This document shows positions 1 through 10,504 of a DNA stretch of 64,000 nucleotides, piece after piece. Each line of letters starts with the position of its first letter. Positions within the stretch are counted from its first letter, which is position 1. The notes beneath the pieces were generated by a model. The model worked only from the letters and a program-made list of their open reading frames with translations, did not search any database and had not been told where the DNA came from. Position numbers and translations under genes: made by a program. The DNA is from Candidatus Ozemobacteraceae bacterium (lineage in GTDB: Bacteria; Muiribacteriota; Ozemobacteria; Ozemobacterales; Ozemobacteraceae), in the NCBI GenBank assembly GCA_965140445.1, contig OZ223236.1, forward strand, positions 3,168,001 to 3,232,000, in the 5' to 3' direction.

Positions 1-215
1 AAACAATTTGTTTTAAAGGAATTGGATGGTTCAAAGACAACTTTTTTTAAGAAGTAGAATTTGAGCTCAATTTCATGCTTTAACAATGACTGAATAATAG
101 GAGATTCTTTGCTATTTTAGAAATAATCTGGTTGAGAGTTTTTTATTAAATTATAGAGATGATTTGTATAGTATAATAATAGAATATAAATACGGATCAT
201 GAGGAGGTTCAGATA

Positions 216-434
216 ATGAATCATAGCGTTCAGGATCAATCAGATATTTTTTCGCAGATTACAGAGGAATTGAAATCTTGTATTAAGCATAGCGAGGCAT
301 CTCAAGAACATTTTTCTGAAGGAGAAGTGCCGAGAGGTTGTGCACATGCTTTTGCTTTAGATGGGCACCTGGCCAAAATCTCATTTCTTTTGGAACAAGC
401 CAAAAAGAAGCATGCTGAAATGGCTAAGTTTTAG
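216..434 (+). CDS. small hypothetical protein (72 aa)
   Basis: ORF with strong SD (GAGGAGG, 201-207) and a TATAAT upstream; no recognisable motif. Confidence 0.6.
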   Translation: MNHSVQDQSDIFSQITEELKSCIKHSEASQEHFSEGEVPRGCAHAFALDGHLAKISFLLEQAKKKHAEMAKF

Positions 435-457
435 CTGAAAGCTTAAAAATCATTCTT

Positions 458-907
458 TTGAAAGAAAAAATTAAGTTAATAGAAGTTGATAAACAAAATT
501 GGGTTGATTGCATCAACCTTTCTTTGTCTGTACACCAAGAGGGTTATTTAGCAAGCAATGTTGCTACCATAGCAGAATCCAAGTTTGAGAGTCACTATAA
601 CCTTCGAGCTATCACTTTTAACGACAAAGTTATAGGTATGCTCGCATTTTGTAAGGATTTAGAAATTCTTGAAACCCCGGTTTTCTGGCTTTTCAGGTTT
701 ATGATTGACAAACAATTTCAAGGTAAGGGTTTGGGAAATATAGCTTTGAATCTTGTTATTAAGGAAATTCAAGGTCTTGGAGCTCAAAAGATTTTAACAA
801 TGTGTAAGCCAGAGAATTCTGGTGCCTTTCATTTGTATAAAAAAAATGGTTTTAAATTTGCCGGTTTACTTGAGGATGGAGATTCTTTATTGGAGAAGAG
901 GCTATAA
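458..907 (+). CDS. GNAT N-acetyltransferase (spermidine/spermine acetyltransferase-like)
   Basis: FMIDKQFQGKGLG acetyl-CoA motif A; N..A..LYKKNGF motif B. Confidence 0.85.
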   Translation: MKEKIKLIEVDKQNWVDCINLSLSVHQEGYLASNVATIAESKFESHYNLRAITFNDKVIGMLAFCKDLEILETPVFWLFRFMIDKQFQGKGLGNIALNLVIKEIQGLGAQKILTMCKPENSGAFHLYKKNGFKFAGLLEDGDSLLEKRL

Positions 908-3798
908 TGGGAAATAAAGACATAAGTAAACTTTGTGTTTGTTTTTTGTTTCTTATTATTTTAGTCCCACAAATTTGTTTTTCACAAGATATACCTGGCA
1001 AGGCCAGAGTTTTGAAATCAAGCAGTGAGCTAGATTATCCACCTTTCGCTATAGTGACTCCAGATGGTAAAGCAGATGGCTTTTCTGTAGAGTTGTTAAG
1101 AGCGGTTGCTGAAGCGGTACATTTTGATGTTGAATTTCCGATTGGCCCATGGCATGAGATAAAAAAGAAACTGGAAGCTGGCGAAATTGATGTGCTGCCG
1201 CTTGTTTCATATTCTTCTGAAAGAGAAAAATATTTTGACTTTACTGTCCCGTATTTAAGAATGCACGGGACTATTTTTATAAGAGATACAGAAAAAACTA
1301 TTAAATCCGAGGAAGACCTTAAAGGAAAAGAAGTCCTGATAATGCGAGATGACACTGCTCACGAATATTTGTTGAGTCGAAATTTAGGCTGCAAAATAAT
1401 TCTTACAAAAGATTTTGAAGAAGCTATGAAAAAACTTTCGGAAGGAAAACATGATGCAGTTGTAATTCAACAATTGGTCGGTCTGCAAATAATTAAAAGA
1501 TTAAATCTAAATAATCTTATAGTTGCAAACTCTGTTGAGGAATCTAGCATTAAACCAATTGGAAAGCCTCTTTGTGGATTTGAACAAAAATTCTGTATTG
1601 CAGTTAAAGAAGGCAATAAAGAGCTTTTAGCTCTTATAAATGAAGGCCTTGCTCTTGTTATCGCTAACGGAAAATATAACCGACTTTATGACAAGTGGTT
1701 TGGACCTATTTTTTACAAAAAATCAGTTTTACCAATTAGCTTTAAGTCTCTTTTTATTGGCATAGTGACATTTTTTTTACTTTCTCTGGCAATAGGTGTC
1801 TGGTATCTGAGGCGTGAAGTAGAGCGAAAGACCAAGCATTTAAAAGAAGAAATACTGGAAAGAAAAATTATTGAGCAGGAGTATGTTAAATCACAGGAGT
1901 TTCTTGAAAGGGTTATTCAATCGAGTCCAATTCCTATGTGGATATCAGACCCTGAAGGAAATATTCTTATTGTAAATGAAGCCTTGTGCAAAACCTTAGA
2001 TATAAGCAAATCACATGTTGTTGGGAATTATAATATTTTTAATGATGAAAATTTAATTAGAGAAGGGGTGCTGGAAGACGTAAAAAATGTTTATAAGAAC
2101 TTTCAACCCTTTCAAGCAAACCTTAATTGGGTAAGTGGTGAGGCCAGGGAAATAGAATATAAAGAAGAAAAAAATCTTTATATTAGTGCAACCTTTTTTC
2201 CAATTGATGATAATGGTGTATTGAAAAATGTTGTTTGTCAGTGGATTGATATTACAGAAAAAAGAAAAGCGGAACTTGAGCTAAAGGAAAAAGAAAGATT
2301 TTTAACTAATTTGCTGGATGTAATACCCATACCTGTTTTCTATAAGGATAGAGAAGGAAGATACATGGGTATTAATAAGGCTTATCAAGAATTCTGGAAG
2401 GTTGATAAATGCGACGTTTTAGGAAAAACTACAGCAGAAATACATCCTCTGGAGTTTACCAATTTGTCCAAAAAAATTGATGATGAGATTTATTTAAACA
2501 AAGGTTCCAGAACATATGAAAACTCTTTAAAAATGGCTAATGGTGAGATTAGAGAATGTATTTACACTAAAGCAACATTTTGCGATGCAGAGGGTAAGAC
2601 AATCGGTTTAATTGGTACAATAATGGATATCACTGAGAGAAAGAGAATTGAAGAACAACTTCAGCACGCTCAGAAAATGACGGCAATAGAAAATCTTGCT
2701 GGTGGAATTGCACATGATTTTAATAACCTTTTAAGTGTAATAATTGGGAATATTTCTTTTGTTCTTAATGAATTTGTGGAAAATATTGAAAATAAGAAAA
2801 TGTTAAATTCAGCATTGGAAGGGGCAAAAAAGGCCCAAGGCTTAACTCAACAATTGCTTACATTTGCAAAGGGTGGGGCACCAATTAAAAAAATTGCAGA
2901 TTTAAATAAATTGATTATTGAAGCACGAGACTTTGTTATCAGTGGCTCCAAGTCTAAATGTGATGTAAAGCTTGATTCTGAGCTCTTGAATGCAGAGGTT
3001 GATGCTGGCCAGATTCATCAAGTTTTGTGTAATTTACTTATAAATGCAAATCAGGCTATGCCAAATGGTGGTTCCATTTCAATTAGTTCCAGTAATATTG
3101 AGATAGAAAACAAATCGGATATTTCTTTGCCAAAGGGCAAATTTGTTAAAATCTCAATAAAAGACGAGGGTGTGGGCATTTCCAAGGAAGATTTAGAAAA
3201 GATTTTCGATCCATTTTTTACAACCAAGGAAAACGGTAACGGATTAGGATTGGCTACCACTTATTCAATTATTAAGCAGCATGGTGGGCTTATAACCGTT
3301 GAATCGGAAGAAAAAAAAGGAACCTGTTTTAATATTTACCTTCCAGCAACTAACAAAACGATCTTGATAGATGATTGTAAACCAGGAAAAATGCACCATG
3401 GGCAAGGCAGAATTCTCATAATGGATGATATGGAAGATATTTCTACAATGCTCGGAAAATTGCTTTCTCGTATGGGGTATGACACAGTTTCTGTGTGCGA
3501 CGGAAAACAAGCAATTGAAGTTTATAAAAAAGCCCTAAATTCTCCAGAACCTTTTGGCCTTGTTATTTTGGATCTAACCGTTCCTGGTGGAATGGGAGGT
3601 GCGGCAACCATAATTGAATTAAAGAAAATTGATCCCAAGGTAAAAGCTGTAGTTTCAAGTGGATATTCTAATGATCCAATTATGGCAAATTATGAAGATT
3701 ATGGTTTTATAGGCGTCGTGGCCAAACCCTACGAAAGAAAAGAATTTGTTGAATTGTTAAATGTCGTGTTTAAAAATGATCAATGCAATAAAACGTAA
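907..3798 (+). CDS. hybrid sensor histidine kinase: extracytoplasmic amino-acid-binding (SBP_bac_3) domain, TM helix, 2 PAS, HisKA, HATPase, receiver
   Basis: DYPPF/DGFSVEL SBP motifs; GGIAHDFNNLL H-box; NLLINA, DEGVG, FFTTK, GNGLGL; C-terminal LIMDD..LVILDLTVP..AKP receiver. Confidence 0.92.
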   Translation: MGNKDISKLCVCFLFLIILVPQICFSQDIPGKARVLKSSSELDYPPFAIVTPDGKADGFSVELLRAVAEAVHFDVEFPIGPWHEIKKKLEAGEIDVLPLVSYSSEREKYFDFTVPYLRMHGTIFIRDTEKTIKSEEDLKGKEVLIMRDDTAHEYLLSRNLGCKIILTKDFEEAMKKLSEGKHDAVVIQQLVGLQIIKRLNLNNLIVANSVEESSIKPIGKPLCGFEQKFCIAVKEGNKELLALINEGLALVIANGKYNRLYDKWFGPIFYKKSVLPISFKSLFIGIVTFFLLSLAIGVWYLRREVERKTKHLKEEILERKIIEQEYVKSQEFLERVIQSSPIPMWISDPEGNILIVNEALCKTLDISKSHVVGNYNIFNDENLIREGVLEDVKNVYKNFQPFQANLNWVSGEAREIEYKEEKNLYISATFFPIDDNGVLKNVVCQWIDITEKRKAELELKEKERFLTNLLDVIPIPVFYKDREGRYMGINKAYQEFWKVDKCDVLGKTTAEIHPLEFTNLSKKIDDEIYLNKGSRTYENSLKMANGEIRECIYTKATFCDAEGKTIGLIGTIMDITERKRIEEQLQHAQKMTAIENLAGGIAHDFNNLLSVIIGNISFVLNEFVENIENKKMLNSALEGAKKAQGLTQQLLTFAKGGAPIKKIADLNKLIIEARDFVISGSKSKCDVKLDSELLNAEVDAGQIHQVLCNLLINANQAMPNGGSISISSSNIEIENKSDISLPKGKFVKISIKDEGVGISKEDLEKIFDPFFTTKENGNGLGLATTYSIIKQHGGLITVESEEKKGTCFNIYLPATNKTILIDDCKPGKMHHGQGRILIMDDMEDISTMLGKLLSRMGYDTVSVCDGKQAIEVYKKALNSPEPFGLVILDLTVPGGMGGAATIIELKKIDPKVKAVVSSGYSNDPIMANYEDYGFIGVVAKPYERKEFVELLNVVFKNDQCNKT

Positions 3799-3883
3799 TT
3801 GATAATTTAGTAATCGTATTCCAAGATTTTGAAAGCATTATGACTTCAAACTTTTTGGCTTTGTTAATCAAGAAAGGCAAGCT

Positions 3884-4426
3884 ATGAATCAAATCCTTAG
3901 ATACTTTGTGATCTTGGAATTTGAAGATTCTTCTTTAAAAAAAATTGGAGAAAAATTTTCAAAAAAAACATCATTATCCACTGCATTAAGATTCTCAGAA
4001 GATCTCCATTTCACTCTTTTGTATTTACCAAACTTTGATAACGATAAAGAAGAAATTGTGACACACTTCAAAAATAAATATAAAAGTCTGAGGGATATAA
4101 AGATTCGAGTCGATTCTTTTAGATTCTGGAAAGATTCATTAATTATGGATGTTGAAAAGTCAGATTCCCTTTATTCATTTCACCATTCTATGGTTAACGA
4201 TCTTCCAAAAAACTTGAGATGCGAAAATAAAAATTTTAACTCATGGTCTCCACATTTTGGAGTCGCTAAAATTAATCCAGAAAAATTTTCAGATGAAACC
4301 AAAAAAATTATTGATTCAGCCGTAAAAGAAATTCGTAATGAAATCTTGTCTTTTAAGGGTTTCAGGATAACGCGGCTAGTAGGAAAAGATTTTGAAACTT
4401 TGTTTTCATCTAAATTAGTTAGCTAG
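3884..4426 (+). CDS. 2H phosphoesterase (2'-5' RNA ligase superfamily)
   Basis: LHFTLLYL and SPHFGVAK motifs at typical 2H spacing. Confidence 0.7.
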   Translation: MNQILRYFVILEFEDSSLKKIGEKFSKKTSLSTALRFSEDLHFTLLYLPNFDNDKEEIVTHFKNKYKSLRDIKIRVDSFRFWKDSLIMDVEKSDSLYSFHHSMVNDLPKNLRCENKNFNSWSPHFGVAKINPEKFSDETKKIIDSAVKEIRNEILSFKGFRITRLVGKDFETLFSSKLVS

Positions 4427-4646
4427 ATCCCAATTTTTGGGATCAATCAGGGTCACTATAAAATCATTGAGGAAAAAATGGGAATGAAGATTACTCAAAT
4501 TTTTTCATCAAAAATTAGATGTAAAAACCAAAAAAGAAAAAAAAGGTAAGAAGGCTTTCAAATGCATTTGATGACAAATTTATGGCAACTTAGTATTTAA
4601 AAACCAACCCAACCTGTTAAAAGATTAATAGCCTAGAGAATTATCT

Positions 4647-5999
4647 TTATCCTTGAAGAGGATTTTGAAAAATCATCCTGTTGTATTTGTGTTTAAAACC
4701 AAATTTTTCGTAAAGCTTCTTGGCCCCACTGTTGTCAAGGTCAACATGAAGAGAAATATTCCCCTGGGAAAATTCAATTGCAGATTCTATTAATGAGCTT
4801 GCAATTCCTCTGCCTTTTCTACCTTTATGAGTTCCTATATAAGCTAGATGATAAGTCGGAATAAATTCTTTAAATCCCATATTCACCACAACAGTAATAC
4901 CCTGAACTTCTGAATTCATGGTTGCTATGAAAATAGCTCCTCGTTCCATTGCGTTTTCTATAGCATTATCTACACATTCACTAGGATCTGAATATTGGAC
5001 AAGAAAGCTATCAACAAGTTTCCTTAGATCGCTTAGTGAATATTCTTTGAAATCAGTAACTCTTTTTACTGAAACGTCTGATTTACCATCATTTAAAATG
5101 ATTACATGTCTTCCATCTTTTAGCTTATTTTGTTTCGCCATTTTGTAAAAACCAGCAAAGCTATAAGCGTCTTCAGTAGACAATTTAATAAATTCTTTAT
5201 TTTTTAGTAAATTAGCTGATTCTTTCAGCAAACTTTCATTAATGGTAATGATTTCTCCTTCAGTGTCTCTGATTGCCTTTAATGTTTCTTCTAGGAGCTC
5301 GGTATCTTCAATAAAAAGATGCTTAGAAAATTTATTCAGTTTTAAATCATATTCTTCGATATCAACAATTTGATTTCGCTTTTTATAATCTTCATACACA
5401 ATGTTTCCTTTAGGAATAGTGCACGAATAGATTTGAGGAAGCTTTAAAAGGTCGCCTTTTGCCCAGCCTCTAAAAAAGCTATTATACAGACTTGATACAG
5501 TGTAGCCGTATCCCAACTGAAGAAAAACTGTTGAAAAATGATCAAATTTTTGGAGTAATTCCTCGCCGATTTGTTCTAGAGCGAGCATGGATAAATGCTT
5601 GTTATAGTATCCATTGACCGCGTTGTAATGCTTTTTTTCTTCGCAAAGCATTTCAATTACTTTTAATTGATTTGCAGGCTTGGTGTTTCGCAGATCAATT
5701 AGATGATTTTCTTCATAAGCACTTAGTTTCCAGGATTGCCCTGAAAAAAGAGGGATAAAAGTCTCAATTTCCTCTAAATCAGCAAACGCTTTTATTGAAT
5801 TAATAAATCGTCTTGGCCCATCAATTAAAATTGATTTTCTTTTCCAGGCTTTGGCATCTTTAACCATTAGTTCGCCAATACGATTAAACTTGTGTCCGAA
5901 AGGGTTGGCACCCTCTAATTTAAAATAAATTTCTTTTACGCCCAATATTGATTCAAGTTTTTTGGCCCTAAAAAGTGGGGTCCTACCAGATTTGTTCAT
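4647..5999 (-). CDS. fold-type II PLP enzyme-like (threonine synthase-like) domain fused to C-terminal GNAT
   Basis: GRTPLFRA..L...LG...IYFKLEGANPFG N-terminus; C-terminal KGRGIASSLI..SLHVDLDNSGAKKLYEKFGF; SD GGAGG. Confidence 0.8.
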   Translation of the reverse strand: MNKSGRTPLFRAKKLESILGVKEIYFKLEGANPFGHKFNRIGELMVKDAKAWKRKSILIDGPRRFINSIKAFADLEEIETFIPLFSGQSWKLSAYEENHLIDLRNTKPANQLKVIEMLCEEKKHYNAVNGYYNKHLSMLALEQIGEELLQKFDHFSTVFLQLGYGYTVSSLYNSFFRGWAKGDLLKLPQIYSCTIPKGNIVYEDYKKRNQIVDIEEYDLKLNKFSKHLFIEDTELLEETLKAIRDTEGEIITINESLLKESANLLKNKEFIKLSTEDAYSFAGFYKMAKQNKLKDGRHVIILNDGKSDVSVKRVTDFKEYSLSDLRKLVDSFLVQYSDPSECVDNAIENAMERGAIFIATMNSEVQGITVVVNMGFKEFIPTYHLAYIGTHKGRKGRGIASSLIESAIEFSQGNISLHVDLDNSGAKKLYEKFGFKHKYNRMIFQNPLQG

Positions 6000-6332
6000 T
6001 TTTCATCCTCCACATTGCCGAAAGGTATAATGCAAGAAAGAAAACTTGCGAAAAAATATTCAATTAAAAATTTAGGAATGGATCCTATTCTTTTTTTATG
6101 GTGCCTGCTTAAATTTAGCAAAAATGGCATATCAGCAACATACACATTGTAACATAAAATCAGAAAAAAATCTTAGTCCTTGCATGGGTGGAAAGAAACA
6201 AAGAATTCAAAAGAATCTAAATATGAAAACTACTTTTCAATACAATACTGAAATGTTTTTTAGTTAATAGAGGTTTCTGGGTATAAAATTGGAAAGATTA
6301 CTAATTCTGGAAGCCCAAGAAAGTCTTAAACT

Positions 6333-7580
6333 TTAGTTTTGTGAAAGCTCTTGAACCCAATCTCTAAAATCTTTTTGAAACTCAGGAATAGACTTTTTAG
6401 TTACACTGAATAAAGCTTCCTCTTCTGTTTGTCCATTTTTTATATTGTTGATAATGGTTCTGGGAGCCGCAAAAGTAAAATTCTGAATAAGATATCGCGC
6501 ATACAATTCAGCCAGCATATATGCAGAACTGACTCTTTCATGGGCTGACTTAGATAAGCTTCTAATTTTACCAAACTCCTCTTCAAGCTCTTTAATTGAC
6601 ATTAGATTTTCGGGAACAATGGCAATAGGCTTAAAAGAATGGTATGTGTCATTTTTGTGTTCAGCAAAGCCTGCCAAACCCTCATTTAACCAGGTTGGAC
6701 ATTTACCTTTACCTTGTATGAAAATAATATTATGGGTGAATTCGTGAATAATGGTTGGCTTTGCTGTAAAAATGGCATTTGAATGTGTTCTTTCAAATCT
6801 ATTTGCTGGTAAAATCATCGATTTGCCCGTCATTGCAAATCCGCCAGCCCATGAAGTTGGTTTTATTTCTTCAAACTTGTCTGGATTTAAAACAATTATA
6901 GAGGTTCGATATGCTGGAATACATTCCAAATCACCAGTAACCTGGTTGTAAATATCCTCTAATCTCTCATTAGTTAATTCATCGACAATAAAGGAATATT
7001 CTCCGGATGCGGGTGTGTAGATGATAAAGCGCTGACGTTGTTGCATAACCATGGCGTTTTTTGATGCCATTCTTTCAAGTTGAAGAAAAACATTTTCCTT
7101 TAATTCTTTTAACTCAGGATCATTTTTTTCTCCAATTATTTGTCTAAGGGTTTCCCAGCATGAAACCTCATCTGCAGACTGCTTTAATGCACAATGACAT
7201 GTTGCAAGCAGCTTTAGAGAATCCAGATCCTCAGGTTTTAGTTCTAAAGCCTTTTTCAACCTGGGGATAGCTTGCGTATAATCATTTAACTCATTGGCAA
7301 GGTATTCACCGTGGCGGAAAAACAACTCATAGGAATCAGAAAAAATTTCCTCTGCCAAAAAAAGGAATTGACGGTTTTCCTCAGGAATTTCAGTTACAGG
7401 TTCTCCCTTTAAAACAGGGCGCAGCATTTTTTCTATTTTATCAATTTTTTCTTGAGTTAGCCCTTCAAAGCTTGTTTGTGAAAAAGTTTGGCTGCAACTA
7501 AGGACCAGGAAAAAAGAAAAAAAGAAGATAACCTTCGCTTTTAAAAAACCAGTGAAGTACATAAAGCCCCCTAATTGCAT
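6333..7580 (-). CDS. secreted TPR + peptidase MA (gluzincin-like) protein
   Basis: signal-like N-terminus, TPR-like helices (AIPRLKKALELKPED), HEFTH..WLNEGLA zinc motif; start could be 7580 or 7562. Confidence 0.75.
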   Translation of the reverse strand: MQLGGFMYFTGFLKAKVIFFFSFFLVLSCSQTFSQTSFEGLTQEKIDKIEKMLRPVLKGEPVTEIPEENRQFLFLAEEIFSDSYELFFRHGEYLANELNDYTQAIPRLKKALELKPEDLDSLKLLATCHCALKQSADEVSCWETLRQIIGEKNDPELKELKENVFLQLERMASKNAMVMQQRQRFIIYTPASGEYSFIVDELTNERLEDIYNQVTGDLECIPAYRTSIIVLNPDKFEEIKPTSWAGGFAMTGKSMILPANRFERTHSNAIFTAKPTIIHEFTHNIIFIQGKGKCPTWLNEGLAGFAEHKNDTYHSFKPIAIVPENLMSIKELEEEFGKIRSLSKSAHERVSSAYMLAELYARYLIQNFTFAAPRTIINNIKNGQTEEEALFSVTKKSIPEFQKDFRDWVQELSQN

Positions 7581-7587
7581 AATCCTA

Positions 7588-7617
7588 AGTATAGCGGTAT
7601 CTTTTTAATGTCGTCAA
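7588..7617 (-). promoter_or_regulatory. sigma70-type promoter TTGACG-N18-TATACT
   Basis: near-consensus hexamers ending 7 nt before the ATG at 7580. Confidence 0.55.
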
Positions 7618-7897
7618 ACTTTAGAAAATATGCTGCTGTTTGGAATAATAGAGCTCTGCTTAATTTTTTTCTTTAAGTGAAATTTAGAAACGTTATAAAA
7701 TTTTAAGGATTTGGCGAAATTTTTAACACCCTTGGCAGACCATTACATGCTTAAAAAAAATAGCTTAAAAATAAAAACATTAAAATATCCGTTCATTTGT
7801 TAAAATTGTACGTAAGTAAGACTTTTTGTACATAAAAAACTTTTTGTTTTCCAGGATTTCTTGCCTTTACTAAATTGTAAAAGTTGTGGTGATTTAA

Positions 7898-10435
7898 ATG
7901 CCTGAAAAACCTGTTTCAAAAGCTTTTGAAGAGAGATCGGATAGTTTGGGATTGGATTTTGAAGACGGGATTGTTAAGCCAAAATTTGATGAAATTTTTG
8001 ACATCTCTGATGTTCAAAAGGCACAAGACCTATTTTCATTAGCAACTGGAATAGCATCGGTTATAACAACGCTTGACGGGAAGATTATAACTCAGACCAG
8101 CAATTGCTGTAAATTATGTAACGACATAATAAGGAAAAACCAAAAGGGGCTTTCAGAGTGTTTCTTGTCTAACCCCAGCAAGCTTATTCTTGAAAATGAA
8201 GAGACAATTTTTTCCGGTTGTAAATGCTATGGTTTACTTGAAGCCAGAGCCTCTATTAATGTCAATGGCATTGCTGTGGCTAATTGGTTTATTGGGCCAA
8301 TTAGAGATAAAAATGTTGATGATGAAATTTTCGTGGATTTTGCAAAAAGGTTAGGGGTTAGCGAAAACGCTTTTTTTAAAGAACTCAAAGAAATAAAAGC
8401 AATGGGAATTGAGCAGTTTAAAGCGATTACCAATCTTTTAATTGCAAAAGCAAATCAAATTTCTAAGGACGCATTGAAAAAAATCCAGCAGGAAAGTTTA
8501 GTTTTAAAACAAAAAAATACAGAAAGGGAGATTAAGAGAAATCAGGAGCTTCAAAGCAAAATGATCGCAAATATTGGCGATGTTATTGTGATCATTGGCC
8601 GAGATGGAATTGTAAAATATAAAAGTCCAAACATTGAAAAGTGGTTTGGTTGGAAGGTAAAAGAAATTGTTGGTAAAAGCGTCTGGTATAACATTCATCC
8701 TGATGATCTTGATTTTGCTAAAGCATTTATTAAATCCCTCCTGGAAAAAGAATCTTCCATAGGCTCTGCTGAATGCAGATACCGGTGTAAAGATGGAACT
8801 TATAAGTGGATAGAATTTACTGGTAATAATTTACTGCATGATCCAGATATAAATGGAATTTTGGGAAATTACCATCAAATAACTGAAAGAAAAAATGCTG
8901 AGAAAATGCTCCTTGAAAGTGAAACCAGGTTTAAAGCTTTACATAATGCCTCTTTTGGAGGAATTGCAATCCACGATAAGGGAGTTATTCTGGAATGTAA
9001 TAATGGCCTTGCTGAAATGTCTGGATATTCATTTGAAGAATTGATTGGAATGGATGGTCTGAAATTAATTGCGGAGAAAGCAAGACCATTAGTTCTTGAA
9101 AAAATACTTTCAGGTGATGAAAAACCTTACGAAGCAATTGGATTAAGAAAAAATGGCGAAGAATACCCAATTAGGCTGGAGGCCAGAAATGTACCCTACA
9201 AGGGAAAGATGGTTAGAACTGTAGAATTTAGAGATATTACGGAAGGAAAGCTGGCCGAAAAAGAAAGAGACAGACTTCAGTCTCAACTGATTCAAGCTCA
9301 GAGGCTTGAATCTATTGGTAGGCTTGCTGGAGGTGTTGCCCATGATTTTAACAATATGCTCACAGTAATCATCGGTTATACCCAGGCATCCTTAGACGAA
9401 ATTGATGAAAACTCACCAATTCATGATAGTTTAATCGAAATTCTTAAAGCTGCAGAGCGCTCCGCTGACATTACGGCACAATTGTTGGCTTTTGCTAGAA
9501 AACAAACGATTTCTCCAAAAGTAGTTAATTTAAATGAAGCAGTTGAAAATATATTGCAGATGTTGCGCAGACTCATCGGCGAAGATATTGCTTTGATTTG
9601 GAAACCAACCAATAGCACTTGCCTGGTAAAAATAGATCCTTCTCAAATAGATCAAATTTTGGCTAATCTATGTGTAAACTCAAAAGATGCAATTGATGGA
9701 ATAGGTAAAATTGAGATTGAAACTAAAATAATTAATTTTGATTTAGAGTTTTGTTCTCAAAACGAAGGATATAAGCCTGGAGATTACGTGTGCATTTCAA
9801 TTGCCGATAATGGATCTGGGATGGACCAAGATACTCTAAAAAATTCCTTAGAGCCTTTTTTTACCACTAAAGGAGTGGGGAAGGGCACAGGATTGGGTTT
9901 AGCTACCGTTTACGGAATTGTTAAACAAAATGAAGGTTTTTTAAAATTGGAAAGTAAAATTGGTGAAGGGACCTGTTTAAAAATCTTTTTGCCAGCTCAA
10001 AAGGATGCGATTAGTAACCATTTAGGGAATGACTTTTCTGATGAAAGCTTCCCTGAGGGAACAGAAACTATTCTATTAGTAGAAGATGAACCAGCAATCT
10101 TGAAGATGACCAATTCTATGCTTGAAAAACAAGGATATAAAATTTTTGCTTCAAATAATCCATTAGAAACAATTAATCTGGTAAAAAGTATAAAAAACAA
10201 AGTTGATTTGCTTATTTCAGATGTTGTCATGCCTGAAATGAATGGTTTAGAGCTTTCAAAGATATTAAGAAAACAGTTCCCAGAGATGAAAATACTTTTT
10301 GTATCAGGATATACTGCAAATATAATGGAAAACAAAGGGGCTCTTGAAGATGGATATCACTTTCTTCAAAAGCCTTTTTCAAAGATTGAATTTCAAAAAA
10401 AAATAAGAGAAGTAATAGAAGATTCTAATTCCTGA
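7898..10435 (+). CDS. cytoplasmic hybrid histidine kinase: PocR sensor, 2 PAS, HisKA, HATPase, receiver
   Basis: [24 protein letters not shown] PocR signature; [42 protein letters not shown]. Confidence 0.92.
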   Translation: MPEKPVSKAFEERSDSLGLDFEDGIVKPKFDEIFDISDVQKAQDLFSLATGIASVITTLDGKIITQTSNCCKLCNDIIRKNQKGLSECFLSNPSKLILENEETIFSGCKCYGLLEARASINVNGIAVANWFIGPIRDKNVDDEIFVDFAKRLGVSENAFFKELKEIKAMGIEQFKAITNLLIAKANQISKDALKKIQQESLVLKQKNTEREIKRNQELQSKMIANIGDVIVIIGRDGIVKYKSPNIEKWFGWKVKEIVGKSVWYNIHPDDLDFAKAFIKSLLEKESSIGSAECRYRCKDGTYKWIEFTGNNLLHDPDINGILGNYHQITERKNAEKMLLESETRFKALHNASFGGIAIHDKGVILECNNGLAEMSGYSFEELIGMDGLKLIAEKARPLVLEKILSGDEKPYEAIGLRKNGEEYPIRLEARNVPYKGKMVRTVEFRDITEGKLAEKERDRLQSQLIQAQRLESIGRLAGGVAHDFNNMLTVIIGYTQASLDEIDENSPIHDSLIEILKAAERSADITAQLLAFARKQTISPKVVNLNEAVENILQMLRRLIGEDIALIWKPTNSTCLVKIDPSQIDQILANLCVNSKDAIDGIGKIEIETKIINFDLEFCSQNEGYKPGDYVCISIADNGSGMDQDTLKNSLEPFFTTKGVGKGTGLGLATVYGIVKQNEGFLKLESKIGEGTCLKIFLPAQKDAISNHLGNDFSDESFPEGTETILLVEDEPAILKMTNSMLEKQGYKIFASNNPLETINLVKSIKNKVDLLISDVVMPEMNGLELSKILRKQFPEMKILFVSGYTANIMENKGALEDGYHFLQKPFSKIEFQKKIREVIEDSNS

Positions 10436-10451
10436 CGATTTTAAATGATAT

Positions 10452-10489
10452 AAAAAACCGCGCCTTAATAAAAAGGCGCGGTTTCTTTT
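10452..10489. terminator. bidirectional intrinsic terminator
   Basis: AAACCGCGCCTT-aataaa-AAGGCGCGGTTT with A/T tails between convergent genes. Confidence 0.85.
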
Positions 10490-10504
10490 ACTTCTACGTA
10501 GAAA

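Noticed and set aside
4478..4549. 23-codon basic ORF (MGMKITQIFSSKIRCKNQKRKKR) with GAGG upstream
   Set aside because: Low-complexity A-rich sequence with no further support
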